Shown here piece by piece: positions 37,824 through 47,633 of a stretch of DNA of 64,000 nucleotides. A model generated the notes under the pieces. The model was not told the DNA's origin. It did not search any database and saw nothing but the letters and a program-made list of their open reading frames with translations. How positions within the stretch are numbered: position 1 is the first letter of the stretch; each line of letters opens with the position of its first letter. Both the position numbers and the translations under genes were made by a program. The DNA is taken from assembly GCA_963719505.1 (NCBI GenBank), contig CAVRCF010000001.1, forward strand, positions 64,001 to 128,000. Reading direction: 5' to 3'. Source of the DNA: Halobacteriovoraceae bacterium. Its GTDB lineage: Bacteria; Bdellovibrionota; Bacteriovoracia; Bacteriovoracales; Bacteriovoracaceae.

Positions 37824-38522
37824 TTAAAAGAATTCAAAAAGTAAAAACTCTGACTTCTCGACCCCTTTTAAAGAAGTAAGTTCGCCTTTTTCAAATGATG
37901 CGCCATCAGCTTTCCCAAGCTCAACCCCACCAACTTCAACTTTTCCTTGAATAATTTGAAGCCAATACTTAGCTTCTTTATTGGGAGACTCAATCTTTAC
38001 ATCAGGACTTAAGCCACCTAGATGAAGATTCACATCTTGATAAATCTTTGCTACACCCGGAACATCTTCAGGACCGCCAATAAGAATAAGTGAATCCTGC
38101 TCGATTCTCTCTTTATAAGAGAACTGATCATAACGAGGTTCAACATTATTTTTATTTGTCTCAATCCAGATTTGATACAACTCGGTTTCTTTAACGGAGC
38201 TAGGATTAAACTCACTGTGGGAAATACCACTTCCTGCTGACATTAATTGGATTTCACCAGGTTTAATAATCTCTTGATTCCCAAGGGTGTCTTTGTGTTC
38301 TAGCTCTCCCCTTAGGACAAATGTGATAATTTCCATATTACTGTGAGAGTGGGTAGGGAATCCACCACTGGGAGCGATAATATCATTATTAATAACTCTT
38401 AAAGATTCAAACCCCATATGAGCCGGATCAAAATAAGACCCAAAAGAGAAAGTATGCTTGGCATCTAACCAATCAATTTTAAAGGCTCCTCTTTCACTAG
38501 CTTTTCTAACTTTCATAACCAC
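37824..38522 (-). CDS. Pirin family protein (YhhW-like)
   Basis: HTFSFGSYFDP, GFPTHSH.NMEIIT, MSAGSGISHSEFN, LYQIWI. Confidence 0.92.
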   Translation of the reverse strand: MVMKVRKASERGAFKIDWLDAKHTFSFGSYFDPAHMGFESLRVINNDIIAPSGGFPTHSHSNMEIITFVLRGELEHKDTLGNQEIIKPGEIQLMSAGSGISHSEFNPSSVKETELYQIWIETNKNNVEPRYDQFSYKERIEQDSLILIGGPEDVPGVAKIYQDVNLHLGGLSPDVKIESPNKEAKYWLQIIQGKVEVGGVELGKADGASFEKGELTSLKGVEKSEFLLFEFF

Positions 38523-38532
38523 TCCCCAAAAG

Positions 38533-38557
38533 CCCCCCTTGTGGTGAACAAGGGGGG
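38533..38557 (-). terminator. Hairpin between yceI-like gene and pirin
   Basis: CCCCCCTTGT-N5-ACAAGGGGGG; short U-run follows on the minus strand. Confidence 0.5.
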
Positions 38558-38566
38558 ATCAATCTA

Positions 38567-39115
38567 TTATTTACTTTGAATTGAAAACTCTAACTCTACT
38601 TCATGATGAATAAATTTATCACCCAAGCTAGAATCTTTCCCGTAAAGGATATTAAACTTTGTTCTATCAAACGCTAATTTTCCTTCATAAGCCTTACCAA
38701 CTTTTTTATAGTCAAACTTAACTGGATTCGTGATTCCGTTAATAGTTAAATCCGCTATAACTGTATTTCCTTTACTCGACTTAATTTGAAGTTTCGACTT
38801 TGGATGATTCTTAACATCAAAAAAGTCAGAACTTTTCATATGTTCCATAAATTTTTCCGCCCATTCTCCAGATAAATCTTCAACAGTAAAATTTGTCATA
38901 TCCACAACAAAGTTTCCGCCAACAAGTTTATCGTTCTTTGTTTGAATATCACCATCAACGAGTTTGATTTTTCCGTTATGAGATCCCATTTTAAACCCAG
39001 CGGCCCCTTTACTTCCTTTCCACTTTAAAACACTTTTCTCAAGGTCAAGGTTTCCAGCAAAAGCTGTCGATGTTGTTAGTGCTGCTACTAGTAGTAATTT
39101 AAAAAATCTATTCAT
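38567..39115 (-). CDS. YceI-like lipid/polyisoprenoid-binding protein
   Basis: S.L.W.G.K...H.G, HMKSSDFFDVKNHP, LTINGITNPV, DRTKFNI.YG. Confidence 0.88.
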   Translation of the reverse strand: MNRFFKLLLVAALTTSTAFAGNLDLEKSVLKWKGSKGAAGFKMGSHNGKIKLVDGDIQTKNDKLVGGNFVVDMTNFTVEDLSGEWAEKFMEHMKSSDFFDVKNHPKSKLQIKSSKGNTVIADLTINGITNPVKFDYKKVGKAYEGKLAFDRTKFNILYGKDSSLGDKFIHHEVELEFSIQSK

Positions 39116-39227
39116 AGTTCCTCCGTTAGTTATCTATGTCTGGATTCATACTAGAACAGGTCAACATAAGAAAAAATTATTATTACTTGATTATCTATAT
39201 AAATTAAAGTTATACTTATATTACATT

Positions 39228-40103
39228 ATGACGTATGATCAATTAGTTACACTTGATGCCATTATAAAGCATGGAAGCTTTAAGGCTGCCTCGCAGCATT
39301 TGTTTAAGTCTCAACCAAGCTTAAGTATGGCCATCAAGAAGCTCGAAGAAGAGTTTGGAATCAAGCTCTTTAATAGAGATAGTTACAGGCCTACTCTCAC
39401 GGAAGAGGGACAGGCTTTTTATCAAAAGTCTCTACCTGCACTAGAGAAATTTAACGAACTCACACTTTTTGGAACAGAACTAGGTATGGGTGTGGAAGCT
39501 GAGATCAGTATCAGTCTAGATGCTATCTGTCCGCTACAAGAAATTAGTAAAATCTTTAAGCATTTCATGGAACCTCATATATCGACCACCCTAAACTTAA
39601 ATGTCGATATGCTGGATGAACTTGAAAGGAAGCTAGTGGAAAAAGAGATTGATTTTGCCATTGGTGTAAATTTTAGTAAAAGCTCTGATCTTGAGACTAT
39701 CCCCATTTTAGAAACAACGATGACTCCTGTTATTCATAGTGATTTCTATAAAAGTACCAACGGCTCTTTGGAACAATTAAAACAATATCCACAAATCATC
39801 GTCAAAAGTTCACCGACGGCTTCAACGAGAAAAATATTTGGAGCGGCAAAAGATATGAAACAGTGGTTCACGACAGATATGTCTATGAAAGAGAAGTTAA
39901 TTGTCAATGGTCTGGGATGGGGTCGCCTCCCTTGTCATCAAATACAACAACTCTTGGACGATGGAACCCTGGTGGAGATAAGAGATATTAAAGGTATTGC
40001 GCCCGAGCCAGTTGAAATTAGTTTAATAAGAAATATAACCAAAACGATGGGGCCAAATACAAAGCGCCTTTGGGACTATCTTGCTACGATGTCTAAGTCG
40101 TAG
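39228..40103 (+). CDS. LysR family transcriptional regulator, divergent from yceI-pirin
   Basis: GSFKAASQHLFKSQPSLSMAIKKLEEEFGIKLFNR HTH. Confidence 0.93.
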   Translation: MTYDQLVTLDAIIKHGSFKAASQHLFKSQPSLSMAIKKLEEEFGIKLFNRDSYRPTLTEEGQAFYQKSLPALEKFNELTLFGTELGMGVEAEISISLDAICPLQEISKIFKHFMEPHISTTLNLNVDMLDELERKLVEKEIDFAIGVNFSKSSDLETIPILETTMTPVIHSDFYKSTNGSLEQLKQYPQIIVKSSPTASTRKIFGAAKDMKQWFTTDMSMKEKLIVNGLGWGRLPCHQIQQLLDDGTLVEIRDIKGIAPEPVEISLIRNITKTMGPNTKRLWDYLATMSKS

Positions 40104-40974
40104 GATAGATTCTTACCAAGCCTCGGTACTCATCATTATCGTAGTACTTGCCTAAAAAGTAGTCTTCCCCTTCCATATACTTTAAATGCATGAAAGAGCT
40201 GGGACTCATCTCGAGAAGAAAGAGACCTTTCTTTCCACTTTTAATTTTTCCATTATCTCCGCTTCCCCTATTATGACTGTAGAGGCCTCCTTGATAAGAT
40301 AATTTTGATTCATAGTCTCCGGTGACTTTCGATCCATCTTGAATAAAATTTATGTTGAGCTCAACGTCGTGAACTTGATCAGCTTTATTCCCATTTTCTA
40401 TAAGAAGTTTGCCTCGAAAGCTTCCATTAAACCTTCTCATTTTTGCTAAATCATCTATGGGCTTTGCTTTTTTAAAAAATGCGTATGGACTTTTGATTTC
40501 AAACGGAACTTTATTTGCAGCTTCTTGAAACTGGCCTTCCTTAACTTCTTTTTTGATTAAACGAAAGTCACTTTCTTCATCTAACTGCGGCTTTGGAAGA
40601 TCAAGTACCGTGATACCATCTTTTACATTATCTTCTTGTTGTTCGATTTTGGGTTTATTCCCATCCACGAAGTAGCTTTTAACCTCAGGGTTCATTCTCA
40701 TTTGAACATTGGCCAAAAAAATGAGGATGATCTTTCCAATGATCTCATCTGCCTTTAGGTATTTCTCTTTTTGATCTTTAAGTTTGGTGTACTCTAGGAA
40801 TTCTTCTTGGGTTAGATTAAAAAATGCATCAGACATAGAGTCGAGCTTTTTATCAGCCCCAGACTCAATAGGGATCGTCTCAGATCTTACAACAACTTCA
40901 TTCGTAGAAAAGAAGTATTTGCCCGATAGAAGTCCAACGCAAAAGAAGATGAGAATAAGGATAACTGTTTTCAT
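40093..40974 (-). CDS. Hypothetical membrane-anchored protein
   Basis: Start at ATG 40974 (MKTVIL) after GGAG; N-terminal TM; beta-rich C-terminus. Confidence 0.7.
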   Translation of the reverse strand: MKTVILILIFFCVGLLSGKYFFSTNEVVVRSETIPIESGADKKLDSMSDAFFNLTQEEFLEYTKLKDQKEKYLKADEIIGKIILIFLANVQMRMNPEVKSYFVDGNKPKIEQQEDNVKDGITVLDLPKPQLDEESDFRLIKKEVKEGQFQEAANKVPFEIKSPYAFFKKAKPIDDLAKMRRFNGSFRGKLLIENGNKADQVHDVELNINFIQDGSKVTGDYESKLSYQGGLYSHNRGSGDNGKIKSGKKGLFLLEMSPSSFMHLKYMEGEDYFLGKYYDNDEYRGLVRIYPTT

Positions 40975-40983
40975 TTTTACTCC

Positions 40984-41122
40984 AAAAAAAAAAGCCGGTA
41001 TTTGAGTTATCAAGATACCGACTTTTAAACAAAAACAAAACTCTCACAAAGCAACTTCTCTCGTCTCTCAATTGCTCTCAGGCAGGAATCTACGGCCAGC
41101 GAGAAGAAATTGCGATGGGTGA
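40984..41122 (-). ncRNA. Candidate structured sRNA or attenuator leader (long hairpin, U-rich linker, terminator)
   Basis: GCAAUUUCUUCUCG pairs with CGAGAGAAGUUGC; terminator AAAAGUCGGUAU..UUGA-UAAC-UCAA-AUACCGGCU10; G-U pairs favour the minus strand. Confidence 0.5.
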
Positions 41123-41267
41123 TGTAAAATTTTTATGAACACAGTGTTTCAAAAATATTTATAGCTGTAATTCTAGCCACTTAGACTATACTTATGATAG
41201 TATTCCAAAGGAGTAACCAATTGATTTTAAGAAGAGCCCAAAATATGAATAGAGCACAGGAATCATC

Positions 41268-42212
41268 ATGTTAAAAAAAGTTGCCATTATCGCTGCACTG
41301 CTTTCACTTTCCCTATCTGCAAATGAGTTGAAATTCGGAAAAATCTACTTTAATAGAGACACCATAGAGATGAGCGGAATTGTTAAAAAAGGAAATGATC
41401 TCCTTTTTATTGGTGATAAGCTTTCAAACAGGTCGATCTATAAAATCATTCTTGAAAAAGAGAGGTTCTATTATAAAGATTATATTAACCTCACAAATCT
41501 CTCAGGCCATAAAACTTATTTCACCAAAGCCCTTATCTTTAAACATGGTGGACGCGTGGTGAAATCTCCCTTTGACCTAGAAGGACTCGCATACTGCGAT
41601 GACACTTTTTACTTAGTAAACGAACAAGTTCGCCATCTTTTAAAGGTTTCAAAAAATAAAATCATTCAATATCAAATTGATTTTGAATCGGAGTTTAAAA
41701 AACAAAAATATCCTCTTGAAAAGATCTCTACCAATGCGGGTTTCGAGGGAGTCGCTGTTGATTGTAAAAACAATATTGCCTATATCGCTCAAGAGAGAAG
41801 CCCTAGAGGGATTTTCAAAGTTGATCTAAAAACACAAAAGATCCTTGAGTCTTTCCTTTTTAATAATGAAGAAGGTCCCCATGGATCCAATGACTACGCT
41901 GATTTGTATTTTGAAAATGGATTCCTCTATATGCTAGAGAGAAATAATCACATCATCTCCAAGTATAGCTTAAAGGAGAAAAAGATAGTCGCGACGGTGA
42001 GTTTTGGAAAGCTTGCAACGATGCATATGCGTGAACTTTACGACACCGGAGAGCCCTACGGCTTGGCAGAGGGCATGACCATGAGTAAGGATCAGATTTA
42101 TATTGGCGTCGACAATAATGGAAAGCCTATCTCTAAGAAGGGATCTGAACATTATAAAGTCAAAGGCAGCTTTTCTAGCCTTATTATTTACCAGCGCCCA
42201 AAAGACTTTTAA
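41268..42212 (+). CDS. Secreted beta-propeller (YjiK/SdiA-regulated or esterase-like phytase type)
   Basis: EMSG, DLEGL, NAGFEGVA, AEGMT...IGVDN blade motifs. Confidence 0.7.
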   Translation: MLKKVAIIAALLSLSLSANELKFGKIYFNRDTIEMSGIVKKGNDLLFIGDKLSNRSIYKIILEKERFYYKDYINLTNLSGHKTYFTKALIFKHGGRVVKSPFDLEGLAYCDDTFYLVNEQVRHLLKVSKNKIIQYQIDFESEFKKQKYPLEKISTNAGFEGVAVDCKNNIAYIAQERSPRGIFKVDLKTQKILESFLFNNEEGPHGSNDYADLYFENGFLYMLERNNHIISKYSLKEKKIVATVSFGKLATMHMRELYDTGEPYGLAEGMTMSKDQIYIGVDNNGKPISKKGSEHYKVKGSFSSLIIYQRPKDF

Positions 42213-43392
42213 TTCCGTTTTCAAGTCCATCAACAGTAAGTTCAAACATTGGAATAATTTTAGCGATCGCCCCAATCGTGGGCTCTTGCCAAAGCCCCTT
42301 CCCCTCTGGGTTAAGCCAGATAGTATCTGGATAGTGGCGCATAACAGAGCGCACTTGATCCAAGCCCGTTTGGTTTGACTTCCTTGAGTCTTTTCTAAAT
42401 GAGTAATAGAAGTCTTTCATCTGAGAAGTCATCTGAAATAATTCATAGGGCGCCATATAAGCGTCTCCAACAATAATAACCTTCGTATCTCGCCCATGCT
42501 TTTTAAATATCTTACTCAACGGTATTTCGTGTTCCTCATTAAAAAGAGGAGCGGTATAGAGATCATCGTAAAAGATATTATGAAAATAGTAATGATGAAG
42601 TTCTTTAAAGTGATTTGTTTGATTCGCCGCTGAGAATAGATCACTCACTCTGCGGCTAAAACTTGTCATACTGCCACCGACATCCATTAAGAGCACAAGT
42701 TTTAAATTATTTTTTCGCGATCGCGATTTTATAATCTCAATCTCACCGGCATTGGCAACCGTCTTATCAATGGTCTTTTTAATGTCTAATTTAGGTGCAC
42801 CGGATTTTTTGAGGAGTCTAAGTTTCTTTAAAGCGACTTTAATCTGTCTTACATTAATAACGGAATCCGTTCTGTATTCTTTAAACTTTCTCTCTCCAGC
42901 AACGGCTAAAGCGGAGCGATTCTTTCCCTCGCCACCCACTCTAATTCCTGCTGGATTAAAGCCGGAGTGTCCAAAAGCCGAGGTTCCCCCCGTCCCAATC
43001 CACTTATTCCCCCCGTCATGACGCTCTTTTTGTTCATCAATTCTTTTTTGTAATTCTTTTATCAACTCTTCACTGGGAAGATTCATCGCCTGCTTTTTTC
43101 GTTCCTCTGAAAGCTTTTGCTTTTTCGCCTCTTCAAGCCACTTGCTAAGAAGATCTTTAAAGTCACTTTCTCCTAAGACATCAGAAAAAGTCTGACTAAA
43201 AGCCTGATCATAGGCATCGTAATACTTTATATCTTTTACAAAGATATTTTTTGCAATCTGATAAAACCTTTTTGAATCTATCTGCTCTCCAGAGCTGGTA
43301 TATTTATTGATAACATCAATAAAGTCTAGAAGTTCACGGGTTGAAACCGGAATATTGTGAGCCCGTAGCCCATAGAAGAAATCCAGAAACAT
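42184..43392 (-). CDS. VWA-domain (CoxE-like) partner of MoxR
   Basis: HDGGNKWIGTGGTSAFG, MIDAS DVGGSM, VGDAYMAPYE, WLNP. Confidence 0.85.
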   Translation of the reverse strand: MFLDFFYGLRAHNIPVSTRELLDFIDVINKYTSSGEQIDSKRFYQIAKNIFVKDIKYYDAYDQAFSQTFSDVLGESDFKDLLSKWLEEAKKQKLSEERKKQAMNLPSEELIKELQKRIDEQKERHDGGNKWIGTGGTSAFGHSGFNPAGIRVGGEGKNRSALAVAGERKFKEYRTDSVINVRQIKVALKKLRLLKKSGAPKLDIKKTIDKTVANAGEIEIIKSRSRKNNLKLVLLMDVGGSMTSFSRRVSDLFSAANQTNHFKELHHYYFHNIFYDDLYTAPLFNEEHEIPLSKIFKKHGRDTKVIIVGDAYMAPYELFQMTSQMKDFYYSFRKDSRKSNQTGLDQVRSVMRHYPDTIWLNPEGKGLWQEPTIGAIAKIIPMFELTVDGLENGIKSLLGAGK

Positions 43393-44192
43393 TATTTCAA
43401 TTTCTCTAAGTCATCTTCATTTTTCAAAAGCGATCCCAAAAAAGGAATAGACTTGATCTTTTTGAGGTCCACCCCTTGATGAAGTAAAATATTAATCCAA
43501 TCAATCAGCTCTGAAGTTGAGGGCTTCTTTCGAAGTTCGTTGGCCCCTCTTAGCTGATAAAAGACAGACAAAGCGTTACCCAGCAACTCATTTTCAATTT
43601 CTGGATAATGAGCATGGACGATATCTTTCATCATCACTTCATTTGGAAAATCAATATAGTGAAAGATACATCTTCTTAAAAAAGCGTCTGGGAGTTCTTT
43701 TTCGCTATTAGAGGTAATAAAAACGACAGGCCTTACTTTCGCTTTTATGGTTTGACCTGTTTCATTGATATTAAATTCCATCTTATCTAATTCTAAAAGA
43801 AGATCGTTTGGAAATTCAATATCCGCTTTATCGATCTCATCGATCAAAAGAACTGACTGGACGTCACTGTTAAAAGACTGCCCCATCGCTTCAAAACGAA
43901 TATAGTCATTGATATTATTAACATCTCGTTTATTAGAATCTTGAAACCTTGAATCATTTAGCCTGGTAATGGCATCATAAAAATAAAGGCCATCACTTGC
44001 TACTGTTGTGGACTTAATATGCCAGCGGTAAAGAGGGTAGTTTTTCTTTTTTGCATAATATTCTGCTAAAAGAGTCTTGCCAGTTCCAGGCTCCCCTTTG
44101 ATCAGGAGTGGTCTTTTGGTAAGTTCAGCAATTTTAATGGCCTCTTCTAATTCGTTTGAAAGAACGTAGTTGTTGGTTTGATCATTATTCAT
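43392..44192 (-). CDS. MoxR-type AAA+ ATPase (PA2707-like subfamily)
   Basis: PLLIKGEPGTGKT, WHIKST, LIDEIDKADIEFPNDLL, LPDAFLRRC, KKPSTSELIDW. Confidence 0.9.
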   Translation of the reverse strand: MNNDQTNNYVLSNELEEAIKIAELTKRPLLIKGEPGTGKTLLAEYYAKKKNYPLYRWHIKSTTVASDGLYFYDAITRLNDSRFQDSNKRDVNNINDYIRFEAMGQSFNSDVQSVLLIDEIDKADIEFPNDLLLELDKMEFNINETGQTIKAKVRPVVFITSNSEKELPDAFLRRCIFHYIDFPNEVMMKDIVHAHYPEIENELLGNALSVFYQLRGANELRKKPSTSELIDWINILLHQGVDLKKIKSIPFLGSLLKNEDDLEKLK

Positions 44193-44206
44193 TTTATCTC
44201 CAAGGT

Positions 44207-44512
44207 TTACCCAGAGATATTAAAAGCCTGCAGGTCTTTATTGGCCAGTTTTTTTGCTTCTTGTCTGATTTTACTTAAACTTGAGTCTTTATCTTCTCCG
44301 GTGATACGAACCGGCTTTGTGACATATTTATTTTTCCACGTATTGTAGACTCGTACTCTCACAAAGGGAATATCCCCAGAAGAGAACCCAAACTCCTCAA
44401 ACGCGACATACTGTCCCTTAGGAGAATGCCCAATAGGACTCACCTTGATCACAGAGCGTCCATGAGCCGAGCTTAAGTTCATCATAAAATACAGTGATAA
44501 CAATATCTTCAT
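44207..44512 (-). CDS. Small secreted protein (DUF2259-like)
   Basis: IGHSPKGQYVAFEEFG...PF pattern. Confidence 0.55.
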   Translation of the reverse strand: MKILLSLYFMMNLSSAHGRSVIKVSPIGHSPKGQYVAFEEFGFSSGDIPFVRVRVYNTWKNKYVTKPVRITGEDKDSSLSKIRQEAKKLANKDLQAFNISG

Positions 44513-44534
44513 TTAGATCTCCTACCCTATATAG

Positions 44535-44550
44535 AGCAATCTTGATGCCA
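44535..44550 (-). promoter_or_regulatory. Sigma-54 -24/-12 promoter
   Basis: Minus strand TGGCAT-CAAGA-TTGCT, 22 nt upstream of 44512 start. Confidence 0.7.
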
Positions 44551-44684
44551 CCGTGTTCCATACAAATACTTGAAATTATTGATCAATTAATCAGCTAAAT
44601 TGTAGAAATCTGCTGAAATGACTATTTTTTTTTCACTCTATCCTTTAAGATAGAGGCATTAAGAATCCCAAAAAAGGCTAAATT

Positions 44685-45194
44685 ATGTCCCCAGAAGATT
44701 ATGAAAAGTTAATTATCAAAGTTCCAGACTTTCCAAAACCGGGAGTTATCTTTAAGGACATCTCACCTTTGCTCCAACAGAAACTGCCTGAGCTCATTGA
44801 AGATATGGGTAAAGGAATCGATTGGGAAAATGTAGATCTTGTCTTAGGAATTGAGTCGCGAGGCTTTATTTTAGGTGCAGCTTTGGCCATCAAACATAAT
44901 AAGGGATTTCTACCTATCAGAAAAAAAGGAAAACTTCCGCCTCCTGTTATGAGTATGGATTACGATCTTGAATACGGATCAGATACACTTGAGATGGCGA
45001 TTAACGAAAAACCTGCAAACGTAGTCATTATCGATGATGTTATTGCAACTGGTGGGACTCTTCGTGCAGCAATAGAGCTTTGTCGTAAAAATCATTACAA
45101 TATTGAGTCCGTTGGAGCTCTTATTAACTTAAAGTTTTTAAATGATCTTGATAAAGATTCTGTAAAAATTAATGCCGTTTTAAACTACGACTAG
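44685..45194 (+). CDS. apt: Adenine phosphoribosyltransferase
   Basis: PDFPKPGVIFKDISPLL, GIESRGF, RKKGKLP, YDLEYG, IIDDVIATGGT. Confidence 0.95.
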   Translation: MSPEDYEKLIIKVPDFPKPGVIFKDISPLLQQKLPELIEDMGKGIDWENVDLVLGIESRGFILGAALAIKHNKGFLPIRKKGKLPPPVMSMDYDLEYGSDTLEMAINEKPANVVIIDDVIATGGTLRAAIELCRKNHYNIESVGALINLKFLNDLDKDSVKINAVLNYD

Positions 45195-46258
45195 AGCCAA
45201 GCTCCCAAAAATGGATAAAGCTCATGCATTGTTCTGAAATACTCAGGCCTATGATAAGAGGGACCATTCATAGAATCAAAAAGGTTTTGCCAAAGGGTAT
45301 CAGAGCCTGAATTGGCAAGGCCCATTTTTTGAGCGAACTCAGTATCTCCAAGTTTTTTATAAAGCTCTACCCCTTTAAAGCCTTTAAACCTTTTGGGATT
45401 TTTATTCATCTCTTTCATAAGAATGTGAAATTGAATTCTATGAGTAAAATATCCGTGACCGTTTCGACTAGAGAGATCAACAGCATTTTCGACATTTTTA
45501 AAGGCTGTATCGTTAAAGATCTTTCCCTCTTTTAGCATGTCTTGCCACTCCGTTAAACTATAACTTTTATTTTCTAAATTTAGCGCCTCATACTTATTTG
45601 GATTGACACTCACAAAGCCATGGGCCTCTTCAAGCTCATCCATAACCTCTATCATATTTTTTTGTTTAATTTCTGCTTGTTGTCTTTCACTTAAAGTATA
45701 AAACTTTTTATCTTGCTTTAGACTTCTTGCAAGCACTTCATCTTCAAATTCTTGCATCCTTTTAAAGACGGTATCTTGCTCTTTAAAGACGGCATTTATC
45801 TCTTCGATCGCTAACCTATAGTTTTTCTCTGCGCTCGTTGGTGTCACTCCACTTTTGAACTTTGGCACTTTAAAGTCGTAAACGAAGCTATTTGGCTCAA
45901 AAGATTTAAAGCGATCGTAACTTTGTCTGGCAAAGCCAGGATTATAGGCTTCAATAAAAATTTTGTTAAATTTTGGGGTTCCGCCTCTGAAAAATATTTC
46001 TGTCTCATCGCTAAGATTTTGCTGAAGAGTTTTCAATTGTTCTGCGTCTAGGCCTTTGGATAACTCAACCATTCGCACTTTATCATCAACTGAGAGTGCA
46101 TTTATTGCATCAACAGCAGAGCTTGAGAACTTCTTTGAGTAGCTTTCTGATATAGTGCTTAAATATTTCTCAGGGGTAATAAAAAATCTATCGCACGGGT
46201 CAGCAAGTGCAGCCTTAGCAAACAGAATAACAAAGAGAATAACGCTTAAATACTTCAT
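45191..46258 (-). CDS. Secreted hypothetical protein with C-terminal HGxxTHRIQ motif
   Basis: Start at ATG 46258 (MKYLSV) because ATG 46267 lies inside the promoter -10 box; signal peptide. Confidence 0.7.
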   Translation of the reverse strand: MKYLSVILFVILFAKAALADPCDRFFITPEKYLSTISESYSKKFSSSAVDAINALSVDDKVRMVELSKGLDAEQLKTLQQNLSDETEIFFRGGTPKFNKIFIEAYNPGFARQSYDRFKSFEPNSFVYDFKVPKFKSGVTPTSAEKNYRLAIEEINAVFKEQDTVFKRMQEFEDEVLARSLKQDKKFYTLSERQQAEIKQKNMIEVMDELEEAHGFVSVNPNKYEALNLENKSYSLTEWQDMLKEGKIFNDTAFKNVENAVDLSSRNGHGYFTHRIQFHILMKEMNKNPKRFKGFKGVELYKKLGDTEFAQKMGLANSGSDTLWQNLFDSMNGPSYHRPEYFRTMHELYPFLGAWL

Positions 46259-46265
46259 AAAAAAC

Positions 46266-46293
46266 ATTTCGGTCAGGTAAGGGAAATACTTTA
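46266..46293 (-). promoter_or_regulatory. Sigma-28-type promoter
   Basis: Minus strand TAAAG-N15-ACCGAAAT. Confidence 0.6.
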
Positions 46294-46355
46294 ACTCTTT
46301 GCAAGAGAATTTTGCCTGCGTGGAGTAAAGTACTAAAATGACTTAAAATTATCAA

Positions 46356-47633
46356 ATGAAGTACTTAATACTCCTTTTACTCTCGGCCAATTTAGCCGCA
46401 CTCGAGATCAACGACCGTCTGGCCGATATCAGTGTTATTAAACATTACAAAGGCAATGTGGTGGTTCTCAACAGAGGTTTAGAGGACGCCATCAACAAGT
46501 ACGATCATATCAAACTTACCAATACCAATGGCTATATTGCCCGTGCAATCTGTGTTAAAGCCTCAATGATGCTCTCCTATTGGAAAGTATACCGCGTGGT
46601 AAATCCAGAGCTTCTCTCCTACGATTCAAGCTACACTCTAAGGTCTATGCTTCAAAGTGAGCTTCCTCCACATATGAAAAGATATGTAGAAAAACTGGCA
46701 TCCCAAAACAATGATAGTGAGTACTTTGAAGATAAAATCAAAGATGAGGACTTAAAAAAGCAAGTTAAGCTCCAGCAAGAGAGAATAGTCAATTTTGACC
46801 TTATAAATGACATGAAAAATGAGCCTTACAAAAAAGACGTTCCAACAGAGTCTCAACAATTTCTCAATAAGAACTTCGACTCTAAAATGTTGGCAGAGGA
46901 CCTTAGTACCACGAAAATTAGACTCTTCGCCTCCCCCATAAGATTTCAATCTGAGGATCAAGAGAGGTCATCAAACTACGGAGCCGTTATATCCAATAAT
47001 GGTATCAAGTACGAATTTGATACTTTTTATCAAAAGACAGATGAGAAAACAGTTAATAATTTTTCAAAAGAGACTGTGGAATCCAGCGAGACCCTTTCTC
47101 GAACAAACTTTACCATCAATAATATTTCAGAAAACTTTTCTTATTTCTTTCACGTCTTCTATAACGCAAGAACTGAAGGTAATGTCGACTATCCAGAGAG
47201 CATGGTGCAAGTTGGGTTTCTAGGCTTTATGTACCACGGAGAAGACGATCCAAAGAAAAGGCAGTTTGATATAGGCTACGTTCCTCTTTTGGATTACTTA
47301 GAGACGGATGTCAAATTTCCTGAAGAAAAGACCTTAAGTGAAAATAATCTTCGTCACGGCTTTAGAATTAGGGCCAATATTCCTATGACGGAAAAGCTAA
47401 AGCTAAACACTCTTCTTTGGTATAAGCCCTTGATGGATCTTGGAAATTTTGAAATGGACTGGGAAGACAATAGAACCTATTGGAGAACTTCTTTAAGATA
47501 CTCGATTTCAGATGATTTTTTTGTCTCTTACGACTATGAATACATTAATGATATACGAAGGAAAAGAGAGTTTGGAAGAGATGAAGTCAACACGATCAAT
47601 ACGCTGAATCTCAATTATACTATATCTCTTTAA
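46356..47633 (+). CDS. Hypothetical outer-membrane protein with C-terminal beta-barrel
   Basis: Signal peptide; VVLNRGLED N-domain; C-terminal LNLNYTISL. Confidence 0.65.
   Translation: MKYLILLLLSANLAALEINDRLADISVIKHYKGNVVVLNRGLEDAINKYDHIKLTNTNGYIARAICVKASMMLSYWKVYRVVNPELLSYDSSYTLRSMLQSELPPHMKRYVEKLASQNNDSEYFEDKIKDEDLKKQVKLQQERIVNFDLINDMKNEPYKKDVPTESQQFLNKNFDSKMLAEDLSTTKIRLFASPIRFQSEDQERSSNYGAVISNNGIKYEFDTFYQKTDEKTVNNFSKETVESSETLSRTNFTINNISENFSYFFHVFYNARTEGNVDYPESMVQVGFLGFMYHGEDDPKKRQFDIGYVPLLDYLETDVKFPEEKTLSENNLRHGFRIRANIPMTEKLKLNTLLWYKPLMDLGNFEMDWEDNRTYWRTSLRYSISDDFFVSYDYEYINDIRRKREFGRDEVNTINTLNLNYTISL

Noticed and set aside
41068-41100. Glycine riboswitch or SRP RNA on the plus strand (CTCTCAGG, CAGG..GGAA)
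   Set aside because: Lacks the GGAGA/CCGAAG glycine elements and the SRP AGCAG loop; stems pair better on the minus strand.
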